Source: Camelus ferus (taxonomy: Eukaryota). Taken from it: a stretch of DNA of 64,000 nt. The DNA lies in the NCBI RefSeq assembly GCF_009834535.1, contig NC_045698.1:108500001-108564000 (forward strand), in the 5' to 3' direction. Under the pieces are notes generated by a model. The model was not told the DNA's origin. It saw only the letters and a list, made by a program, of their open reading frames with translations, and made no database searches. Position 1 is the stretch's first letter. Every line of letters starts with the position of its first letter. This document shows positions 1 to 10,866 of the stretch, in pieces. A program made the translations under genes and the position numbers.

Positions 1-1400
1 ACTTGCTGACCGAAATACACTGCATCATTCATACCAAGAATGAAAGTGTGTGGAGAAAGACCGTTTTATTCCGCTAAGTCGTGGTGGAGGCAGAAGAACT
101 ACCACAGCCACGGACACCGCCTTTTACTCAGAGCTACCTAAAGCAAAACCTCACACCCACTTGAATGGACCCATTAGTTCTAGTACTGGAAGAAATTATT
201 AAGAAGCCAGATCTTAAAGTCCATAATTGGGTGACTGTGATTCACAGGGGAAAGCAAAGAACTGTAGAAGAATGTTTCCAGATGTATCACCTGATTCATC
301 AACTTACAACTAACCCTGAAGACATTTTAATGGCGACAAAAGATGTCATTAAAGAATTCCAGCTGGTGGTGTCAGGTGCCTGAAACTTAGGAGCACACCC
401 AGAAGAGGAAATGCTACAGGGATGACTTAATTTTTAAAAAAAGGGATTTATGTGGAATATGTACTTGAGAGTATTAAACAGTCTGAAGAAGAAAACTTAG
501 ACATTGATGTTAGGTGTTTGATAGGAATCCACAGAAGAGGTGGCCCTTCAGTAGCCAAGGAGACTGTTAAACTTGGCCAAGAGTTCTTCCTTTCTACTGA
601 GGATGCAGTTTTGGGGCTTGACCTCAGTGGAGATCCTACTGAAGAAGAAGCCAAAGACTTCTTGGAATCTCTTTTAGATGCTAAAAAAGCACATCTCAAG
701 TTGCCATTANNNNNNNNNNNNNNNNNNNNNNNNNNNNNNNNNNNNNNNNNNNNNNNNNNNNNNNNNNNNNNNNNNNNNNNNNNNNNNNNNNNNNNNNNNN
801 NNNNNNNNNNNNNNNNNNNNNNNNNNNNNNNNNNNNNNNNNNNNNNNNNNNNNNNNNNNNNNNNNNNNNNNNNNNNNNNNNNNNNNNNNNNNNNNNNNNN
901 NNNNNNNNNNNNNNNNNNNNNNNNNNNNNNNNNNNNNNNNNNNNNNNNNNNNNNNNNNNNNNNNNNNNNNNNNNNNNNNNNNNNNNNNNNNNNNNNNNNN
1001 NNNNNNNNNNNNNNNNNNNNNNNNNNNNNNNNNNNNNNNNNNNNNNNNNNNNNNNNNNNNNNNNNNNNNNNNNNNNNNNNNNNNNNNNNNNNNNNNNNNN
1101 NNNNNNNNNNNNNNNNNNNNNNNNNNNNNNNNNNNNNNNNNNNNNNNNNNNNNNNNNNNNNNNGATATTCCTCCTGACAGAATCGAGCATGGGACATTTC
1201 TCAGCTCCCCTGGGGGAATATCCCTGAATCTCCTGGATTTGATGGACTTTGTAAGGCAACATCAGGTACCACTGGGTAAGGCTTGGGACTTCAAGTCCTC
1301 CAGACATTCCTCTGTTCCTTCTTCCCCTAGCTCTTAGGTTGCAATCCATATATAAAGAAATACTGTTCTAAAAACATAAATATCATTTAGAAGAAAAAAA
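1..1400 (+). pseudogene. ADAL: ADAL/MAPDA (adenosine deaminase-like, N6-methyl-AMP deaminase) retrocopy, disabled; 5' end probably extends left of the window
   Basis: Stitched frames give VVEAEE..AFYSELPKAKPHTHLNGPISS..KKPDLKVHNWVTVIHRGKQRTVEECFQMYHLIHQLTTNPEDILMATKDVIKEF..GVRCLKLRSTPRRGNATGMT*..YVEYVLESIKQSEEENLDIDVRCLIGIHRRGGPSVAKETVKLGQEFFLSTEDAVLGLDLSGDPT..LKLPL[N gap]DIPPDRIEHGTFLSS..LMDFVRQHQVPL. No introns over 81-709. Frameshifts near 100-118, 185-200 and 360, an in-frame TAA at 428-430, and GTG where the start ATG is expected (81/84). A-rich end near 1350-1398. Confidence 0.93.
710..1163. other. N gap, 454 nt, inside the ADAL retrocopy
   Basis: Run of N. Confidence 0.99.
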
Positions 1401-1638
1401 TTTTTGTAAGTTGAGTCAGGAGCCATGCAGTCAGTAAGATTCCTGTCTGAATGTTTGGACTCTGTGAACCTAGGAAACTTATTCTCTTTGAGCCGCAATT
1501 TTCTCATCTATGCCTTTGAAATGATAAAAATCAGATTGCTGGGAAGGCAAAATGAAGTCACACGTTGGGAACTCAGCTGAGCGCTCTGTTCTTTGTAAAT
1601 ACTCAAATGTTTGTCTTGGCCACTGCGGCTGCTGCTAC

Positions 1639-1640
<2 letters not shown>

Positions 1641-1690
<50 letters not shown>
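1641..1690. repeat. (TGA)~16 trinucleotide microsatellite
   Basis: Perfect tgatgatga... run of 50 nt. Confidence 0.98.
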
Positions 1691-4600
1691 CAGCAAAGGT
1701 GGGAGAGTAAGGCATTTTACGTGGACATGCACTTCTGAGGAAAAGGACAAAGATAGGAAGAAACATCTTGCCCACGGGTAAAAAGAGGATTCATGGCATT
1801 GGCGGAAAAGGCTGTAGATAGTTCATGCTGAGAGATCCTTCCTAACCGAGGAATAGAATGCTCAGAAAATGAGAGAGCAGGTGAAACAGGAATGCTCGAT
1901 GCCTATTTTTATAAGCACTTATCATCAAGGTGAAGGTATATGCCTGAGTTCAGTATGTGTGTCTTTTCCACTAAACATACAGGTGAGGCTCTGCACGGCT
2001 GCTGCCACATTGTTCTCAGGAAGTGGCCCCCTGGGAATGTGGGCTGCTGACTCTGTTTCTTTCTTTCTGGGGAAGAGTTGTGTGTCATGAGCCATCTTTT
2101 TGTCTGGAAGAATGACACCAGTTCTGACTATGGGTCTACCCGTCTAGTCTTTTCCGAAGATTGCCTACATAGAAATGTGAAAAGACGCGACTTGGTCCTT
2201 GTGACTGGGATTAGGGAGAGCAGGTGTGCTGGAATAAATGGTCCCTTAATTGGTCTTCTTGTCTTTGATCTTCACTGAAACACCTACTTTCCATCCATAA
2301 GACCTCACAGAAGTAGCCAACTAAAGCACCCTCCAGAGTAGTTCACTCTTCTCATCCCATACCTACAGAGGGTCTCCATGGCCAATTAGAAGTGCTTATC
2401 CTTCTGTGTCTGTCATTTGAGTTTACCCTCCCTTCCATCTTTTTTCCCTTAAGTCCTTCTGATGGACCCTATGCTCCTACCTCCCTATCACTCTTTTCTC
2501 CCCCAAAAAAGCTCACATGCACCTTATAGTTTTGGCCTCTGTGATTTCTCAAACTGATTCTTCAACTTAAATGCCCACATCTTATTATGATTATTGAAAG
2601 AGTCTGGATTTATGTGCAGGGTGGATATAGTAATAACTGGGAGATAACAGGATTGTTTTGGTTTCTTGTGCATCGGTTTTCTTCCCAGAGATGACCTTTT
2701 TGCTTGAAAATCTGACTTAATTTTGTCACTTTGGCAAGAGTGGAGGTGGATGGACTAGAAACCTCTGTGGGGCAAGGATGCAGAGTTTGCTGAACAGAAT
2801 CAAGTGCTTACAGTGTCTCGTTAAGAATATCACAACCTGTGAGGGTGGTTTGCATTTTCACCTATGGACATCCTCATTTCACCAGCTTTCAGGTTTTACA
2901 GAATCTGAAAGTTCTGGAAAACTTCTAGTATACAAATGCAGAATTAAAAGTTTTCTACGTCTAATGAAAGAATTATCATCCTTCTTGCATCCTGCAGGCA
3001 AAGGCATGTTGACTGTGAAACTGTATAAATGTCAGTTGAGTGATTTAACGGGCTTGGTCACTGGACTTGTTAACAATAGATGCCAGGTGAGAAGAGCAGG
3101 TGAGTGGAGGCTGGAGGAGTGCGCACTGGCTGCCGACAAGGGGAGAAGGGACAGGTGACAAGGGGGGAAGGTCCAGGAGAGACTACAGACTCACCAAGTA
3201 TGAAGCTGTCTGGGAACCAAAACCAACAAACAAATACCCTACCCTCTCAGGAGTCCTTAAGGGAGTTGTCATGTACACCAGAGGTCACAATTATTAATCA
3301 GCAACCAGTTATCATATGCCTACTATAGACCAGCTTCCATTCCAGGAAATCGAGAGTGGAAAAAAGTAAGAAATACAGCACTTTGCTCTGAAAATATTTA
3401 CCATCTGCAGCACCACCACATCGGCCAAGGTAAAGCTGTGTAAATTAAGCTCTTTTTACAAAAGTAAGGACATGTGTAGAACCTATTAGGAGTTCTCTTC
3501 AAAACATGTAAAATTATTTAGCTACTTACAAGATAAATCTGTTTACTACTTTCTCAAAGATGCCATTTCCTGACAGTGCTAATAATGGAGGCATTTCAGA
3601 ACAATGACCTCACACAGTTCATGCAGCTGATCTGTCTGTGCAGACTTAGATAACACACAGCCATGACCTCACTTAGGCCAGGGGCAGGTCTTAATAGCTT
3701 GCTAGAAATGCAGTTCGGTTTAAACTGTTTTCTCTCTTTATTCTGTTAACTTAGCTAATGAAAGGACATATCTCATTAAAGATGTATATTTCCTCATGAT
3801 TCCATGGGGATGGAGCCATGGTACCCATAGGTCATTAGGCAAAATCAGAAAGGAGTCTTGAGACAGATCAGGAACCCTACCTCATCCTTGTTCTTCAGTC
3901 ATTTGAACTCTTTTTGTTATTGAATCCATCAAACCAGTCATCTAGAGTTGAGGAATCTTAAGTTCTGACTCATTTCAAAAGGCTGATTCAGAGCAGTTTC
4001 CCTGGGGAAAGATCTCCTCTTTAAAAGAACTTCAAGAAGCTCAAGAAGATGGGCTTTGTGTCTGCAGAGAGGACAGGAGAGTTAATCAGGCAGGAACACA
4101 GCCCGTGGTCTTGGGGAGTAAGATGCATAGCTGCCCATGTAACACAGAAGGTATGGGTGAGAGGGAGTGCAATGGGAGCTTGATAAAAGCAACAGCCAGA
4201 GCCAGGACCAGCCTTTTTTATCCCACTGTTCACCAGACTTCTTTCAGGAAAAAAAAAAAAAAAGAAGAGTAGGAGGAAATTAAGAGTGGGAAAATGTCCT
4301 ACAACTGCTTGACCTTTCAAGTATCTTGAAATCTGAGGCAGGTCAGGAAATACATGGTGAGGATGCTGAATGTAGAGTCAGGAAACGTATGTTCAAGGGT
4401 AGACAGTAGTCTGACTCAAGGACAATTTCCCCATCCCAGAGCACCTACCTCCTGCCTGTCACATAAGGGAGTTCGATGAAGCCTCTACAAGTCCTTCCAT
4501 TCCTGGCATTCTGGGGTTTAATAATAAGCTAAAACAAGGATCTTGTTTTTTTATGTATAAGACACAAGGAAATGTATACAGTGAAGTGACCTATAAATTC

Positions 4601-6299
4601 TGCTGAACTTTAAATGTGAATTAGATGCAAATACAGAATGAAAACTTAGGGTGAACATCATTACCCTCTGTAGATTAGGAAGTATAATGTGCTTCCTGTG
4701 CAGTGGGAAGAATGAATCTTGCACAGGCTGAAATAAGAACTGAAAAATACTGGGAGAATTAGACACGACCGTAATCTGGGCTTTCTTCCCCTTCAGTGAG
4801 ACATTTTCTTTTCTATATTTGCACCCATGCTTAGAGAGGGGACAAATGTCCTTGAGATTCCACATGGGACAGTGGTGCAAGCACCTGAGCACTGAGCACA
4901 ATCATAAGTAATGAGATCATATGTAAGTTTATATGATCCAGAGGACCCAGGGGTGTCTACCTGATCCCCCTGAGGTAGTATCGACCTGCTCTGAGAGAAG
5001 GGAAAATTTATCCAATTGTTGCACTTGAGCTGAGAAAATAGCCTGGGAGGCAGGGGATTTCCAGCCTCCCGGGTGTCACAATGTGTGTTAGCACTTGATG
5101 TATTTTCTTTCATTTGATCCTTACACTAAATGTACCCTATCAGAATAGATTTTAAACAGTATTTGATTTTCTGATTCCTATGTGTAAAATGAGGAGATTA
5201 AATCTTTCAGAGGTTAAGCAAGGCCTTACAGCCAGTAGGTAATACAAGCTGAGACTGAAAGATTCCCTGACTCCAAAGCCAGTTTCCTTCCACAGCCCTG
5301 CATTGCCTTCTGGAAGGAGCCTCGTTTCCACCCTAGTTCTGCCTTTATTTAACTGTGATACCTGAGAAATAATCACTCAGGTTCTTGAATCTCAGTTTGC
5401 TCATCTGTTAAAAATCACAAAAAGCAAGCAAGCAACCAGCCAGCCAAAACGGCAAATGTACAGCCTCTGTCCTTCTGTAGTTTACGGTTGGAAGTTACAG
5501 GACCACAGTTATTTCACTGGGAATGGTGCCTCTCACAGTCATGAAACATGGTGGCCCCTGACTTTGAGAGGTCCTTTTAAAACCTGAAACTGTATGTAAG
5601 TTGTATTATATGTTAAGGCGTCTGAATTGTTTTGGAAAAGAGTCCAAAGCTTTCCTGAGGTTCTCAAAGGAATCTGTATCCCCTAAGAACCTTCTGATTA
5701 GCAGATCTCCTTCTGTTGTCTTCTAGCTCAAACCATCTGTAACAAGCTGAAATAAATTAAGGTTTGTTGCATGAAGGGGGTTCAAAGGCAGAACTTACAT
5801 GTGCACCAAAGACTATGTGGTATCATGGAAAGAGACCTGGCAAAGAGTCGAGGATGGTGGATCCTGGTTATATTCTGCCTTGTCATTCAAAGAGTGATGC
5901 TAATTTCTACCTCCTTCTGCCCTTGTAAGCAGTTGTTCTAAAACCAAATGTGATGATACAGATGAAAGTGTTCTGGAAAAATATAAAGTATCTCACACAA
6001 GTATGACATTTACTGTAAGATATTAAAGTATCAAGTCGTTTCACTGGTTGTCAACTGAGAAGGAAGGAAATGCGTAAGCACCATCAGCAACATTTAGAAG
6101 CTCTGCTTTTTCATCCTTCAGCAAGGTCCTGCAGCTGCTACTTGGGTGTAAGTTTCCTTGACTTTAAGGAGAATCGGTTGCAAATACAGCTTGCAGGATG
6201 CGGGTGGAGATCATCACCAATCTGGGAGCTGGTAAATAGAACTTAAGGTTTCTTCTCTAGACAAGGGTGTTCCTTTCTCATCTCCTTTATTCCATTAGT

Positions 6300-6493
6300 C
6301 AGTGAATCTCCAAATATAGTCTAGGACCAGCAACAGAAGGATTATCCAGGAACATGTTAGAAATGCAAATTCTCCAGCCCCACCTCAAACTTATTGAATC
6401 AGAAATTCTGGGGGTGGGCCATGCAGCCTGCATTTTCACAAGCACTCCAGGGAATTCTGATGCACACTGCATGCTCAAGTTTGAGACCCACTG
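6300..6493 (+). mobile_element. MER5A-like hAT-Charlie MITE, full length
   Basis: cagtgaatctccaaa...tgttagaaatgcaaattctccagccccacc...gaatcagaaattctgggggtggg...gtttgagacccactg. Degenerate 8-bp TSD ccattagt/ccgtaagt. Confidence 0.85.
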
Positions 6494-9400
6494 CCGTAAG
6501 TGATTATCCCAGGACACACCTCCTGGGCTGATCCGTTGGCCAGGGGTACTCAAAAGAGAATGGCAGGGCTCCAGTAACCTGGAAGAGTGTCTAGTGTAGG
6601 TCCCTAAAGGTCTGGTCTAGGCCAGGTCGCGCTGGGGTACACCAGTGTTAGCAAATACGGTAGGTGTGGCCCAAAACACGCTCAAGTAGACCCCTTACGT
6701 ACAAGGCCCCATGTTAGGTTTTACAGGTCTGAGAAAGGAAAACATGGCTCTGTTGCAAGAATGCATCTCTCAAGATTCAGAAAATACAGATACCTTGGTA
6801 CCCTTGCAGCTGAAGAGTCACAGCGGAACAAAATGAAACCAAACGTGTACAGAAGTCAGCTCTGTGGTAGGCCTTCTCCCCTGAGCCTCCAAGTGACGGA
6901 ACATAACAACAAATGTGAAAATAACAAATGCTTTTAAAGCATTTATCACATGTATTCCTAGCACTGTTTTAAGTGATTTTTATGGGTCAGTGGTGTTTTG
7001 AACTGTTGAATGTACCAAGCCTTTTACTGGGCTCTGAAAATCCAGCTGTCAAAGTCTAACTGCCTTCAAGGAGCTCATACACCAATGGGGGGAATTAGAC
7101 AAAATGCAGAATTATGAAGAGCAAGCTCAGGGTGTTTTCAGAGGTCTAGGTGAGGCATCTACCCTCAGTCTCAGGTAAATACAGGTTTCTCAGAGGAGGA
7201 AATACCTAAATGTAGGCTTCCGAAGCATGAGAGGACTTGGTCATTTTAAAGTGGAGAAAACTGAGATTTAGGGCACTCGGGCTACTGTACTTCATGCCAT
7301 GTAACCTGTGCATCAATGGCAGTGTTGGGATTTGAATTCAGGTCAGTCCAATTCCAAAGCCCTGGCTTGGAACCATTAAGGCTAGACCGGAAAATAGGTT
7401 TTTATTGAGCCTGTCAATCCTGATAAATTGGTAATGGCTTCCAAGAATGCTGATGATGAGGACTTGGGAGGCCTTGACAGGGCGCACCAGGAAAGGATGC
7501 CACGATCGATTAGTGATGTCTGGCTTGGGTGCAGGAAAGGGGAGCATATGTGTCATGCATTTGCTGACCCTGCACTACAGAGGTCACTGCCTCCAGGACT
7601 TAGCACAGAGAGGGACGGACCCCCAGAGCTCTTTCCTATTAGTGTAAGGCTGTCTCTGACTTCGAGGAACTTAGAGCTCAACGGCATCAGTGGGGGCATA
7701 TTATATGTTCCCAGAAGGTCACAAGTGACAGCCCAGGGTGTTATGAACTGATGGAACATTCAGGGAGAGAGGGCATAAGGTTTTCATTAAAAAAAGGGAA
7801 GACGTTGATTAAGCGTAACAGTGAAAACCAAACAACAATGAAGAACAATCAGTCTTATGAATCCACTAGACTTCAGAATTTGTAGGCCAATTCCATTTTC
7901 ATATTTTACCTCTGTTACTTCCATCAACGTGGAAGATGTTGATGGGACAGGAAATGGCTCTGTTCGCAAGTAATGGGTTCCCTATATGTCAAGTCAGCTC
8001 TGTCCTTCCCAAGGGAAACCTAAGTCTAGAAATGCCACCCCAAAAGGATGCATCCAACACACCTGATGGCTCATCTGTGGAGTACTTTGGAAGTTGATAT
8101 TGATCAGAGACAGTGAGAGGGTGGCCCTTTAAGACAAAAATGATAATAAGTTAGTGCCAGTTTGCTTTGCACATGGTTTATGGTGGTGGTGAGATGGTAT
8201 GTGAGCTCTTTGAAAGATAATCAAATATTGTTCTCACAGTATATTTGACAAAGCCACGTGTGGACTGAAATAACAATACAACAACAGCAACTGGTCCTGA
8301 TAAACAGCAGGAGACTAATTGGTACCACCACATCAGTCAGCGGTGGGAAAAGACTTCTGGATGAATTTCCTTTGCAAAAAGTCTTTTTCACTTCTCCCCG
8401 TCTCAGCTTCACCTTTCACTGTTATAAGCACTTTTTATCCTGGACAGTAAAAAAAAAATGTTTAAGTGACTCATGCATTGGACATAGAGATCAAAAGGAA
8501 AAGGTGACTTCTCCTGAAGTCCTGAAGTTCTAGCTGTTTGCCATCTGGGCATTTCTCTCCAGGACGGCTGTGCTGTGAACATTCATCGCTCACTAACCTT
8601 GACTTGGCAAACTAACGTGTCCCCCGATTTTCAGAGGCTCACACTGTGGTTAAGGGCAGACTTGGGTTTCATTATCTGACCAACTGGGGTGTAAGCCTCA
8701 GTTGTCCCCCACCCTGGGGCTATGTCTGCTTATAGAGCTCCCCTAAAGCACCCCCTGCAGCCATCACAACCTGGGTTCTCACTGGTCCTCCTCCCCCAAA
8801 GCATTTGCATCTGAGATGATGGGGGAGCGTTATCTTCTTAAGACTTACATATCTTACTTTGGAAGACAAGCTTTAGCAGTACCAGGAATCAAAACATTTC
8901 TCTGCTCAAGTCATGGTGACCAGGGAAGAATTATCTCTGATTCTTTGTACATTTTAAACATTATCTGAAACCTCAGCAAGGGGAAAAAAACTTGACAGTA
9001 GTCTGTGGAGACGAGACTCTGGGGGGCAGGCTGATAAGGACTATACCTTTCTCATCCCTACCAAATTAGATCATCCCACGGAGAACTGTAAGAAATGGCC
9101 TCCGTGTACAGGGACTGAGTATCTCTGTATCTTAGCATCTTCTACGTACATATCCCAACATGAAGAAGGTGACCTGGAGTCCAAGGTTGGAGGACTCCAG
9201 TTTAGATTACATGGTAAACAGAAAGAGGCAAAGAACCACTTAAAGGTTTGCGCTGAATACCCTGAACCCTGAAGCTTCTCCTTCGCAGGACTCCTGAACC
9301 ATTCATGCAGCAGAGAAATACCAGTCAGTTCAGAGGAACTGCCTCATCGGCTGTGCAATTTATTCACGTCCCTCCCCGCCGTAGGCTTCTGGACGTGCAT

Positions 9401-10552
9401 CCCTAATACATCCCTATTTTTTGAGCAATACTGGTGCTGAAACTTAGCTGTGTGCTGTCATTTGCCCCATGCTTCTCTCTTTAATTCAGGTACATGGCTA
9501 TCTTTTCCTCCATTCCATGGAAAGAGACACAGCCCGGAGCTTTGGGTGAAGCCCAGGGCTGCGGGTAGTGGCAAGATCTGGTTTCTATTCCTACGGCTGC
9601 CACTAATACGCCATATGACTCTGGACAAGTATCTTCCTCCTCCAGCAGCCCAGTTACCTGGCATTAGTGCAGGATTGGCTAATCTCTTAAGGAGACTTTC
9701 TAGCCCTAACATTCTGGGACTTCACAGGAACTGGAATTCTGGGTGCGACTGAGTTCAGTGTCACCAGCAGTTGCCAGTCGTCTTCCTCTTTGGCATCAAG
9801 CATCACGCTGGGCTCTGCAGGGGATGTGCTTCCATCAGAGCTGCCTCTCTGAACCACAGCACTCACAGGCGAGGGGTGAGCAGGACGAGAAAAAACGAGT
9901 TCACAGACCTCTCCAGCACACAGCAGAGCATACACACGTGTGCTGTGAGCAAAGCACAGATGATTACAGGGTCTAAACGAAACAGGAATTGCATGTATTT
10001 ACGAAAAGTCAGAATTGCGCTTCCTGGCATTCCAGATGAGCCCTGGCAGAGAGGAAATTCAGACAGGACATGGCCTGGTTCCTATGGCAACATTTACTGA
10101 GTGGGTGTTTTGTGTCAGCCGCTGTTCTGAGTGCTCTGCACACACTCACTCGTTTCCTCCTCTCAGTCTTTTGAGAGCGAGGCTATGATTACTCCCATTC
10201 TGCATATGAATAAACTGAGGCACAGACTCTCAGAGGCAGGCCACAGGACCGTGGCGAGTGCCAGGATTCAAACCCAGGTGACGACGTGGTGCCCAAGTCC
10301 AGTGTCAGTCCAGTGGAGTTCTATCAGCTCGGTCATGTGGGAAACCAGTGACCCTGGAGAGCAGAGAATAAAGAAGATGTGACTGCGGGGATGAGCCGTG
10401 TGGCCCGAGGCAAGTCCTTTCACGACTCTGATCTCCCACTTTCTTGTCTGTGAAATATCGGCGACACGTACTGGTCTCATTGTGTTGTTATGATGACTGA
10501 GCAACATGGCGGACATAAAAATACTTTTTAGATGCTACAAAGTCCTATATGG

Positions 10553-10866
10553 TTTTTTTTTTTTAATTCAAGTACAGTCTATTTACAATGTTGTGTTAAC
10601 TTCTGGTGTACAGCATATGATTCATGTGTACGTACATACATTCCTTTTCTTATTCTTTTTCACTATAGGCCGTTACGAGGTGTTGAATACAGTCCCCTAA
10701 GCTGTACAGTAGGACTCTGCTATTTATCCGTTTCATATATAGTAGTCAGTAGCTGCAAGTCCTAAACTCTCAATTTATCCCTTCCCCGCCGGTAACTATA
10801 AGTTTGATTTCTATGTCTGTGAGTCTGTCTCTGTCTTGCAAATACGTTTGTTTGTGTCCCTTTTTA
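10553..10866 (-). mobile_element. L1 3' end (5'-truncated, cetartiodactyl-type 3' UTR)
   Basis: Poly(T), then aattcaagtacagtctatttacaatgttgtgttaacttctggtgtacagc...ggtaactataagtttgatttctatgtctgtgagtctgt. Homologous to the 14234 and 27762 copies. Confidence 0.85.

Noticed and set aside
101-121. RE1/NRSE-like sequence accacagccacggacaccgcc
   Set aside because: The right half matches well but the essential CAGCACC left half is broken (15 of 21 overall), and it lies in degraded ADAL coding sequence. The other TTCAGCACC half-sites (near 9434, 56240, 61343) lack a right half.
448-1349. Long ORFs of 217-249 aa in the ORF track
   Set aside because: Their length comes from reading through N runs. The same applies to ORFs near 14475, 17298-17863, 35633 and 46658.
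1508-1750. Minus-strand poly-His ORF
   Set aside because: It is the (TGA)n microsatellite read as CAT codons, with no other coding signal.
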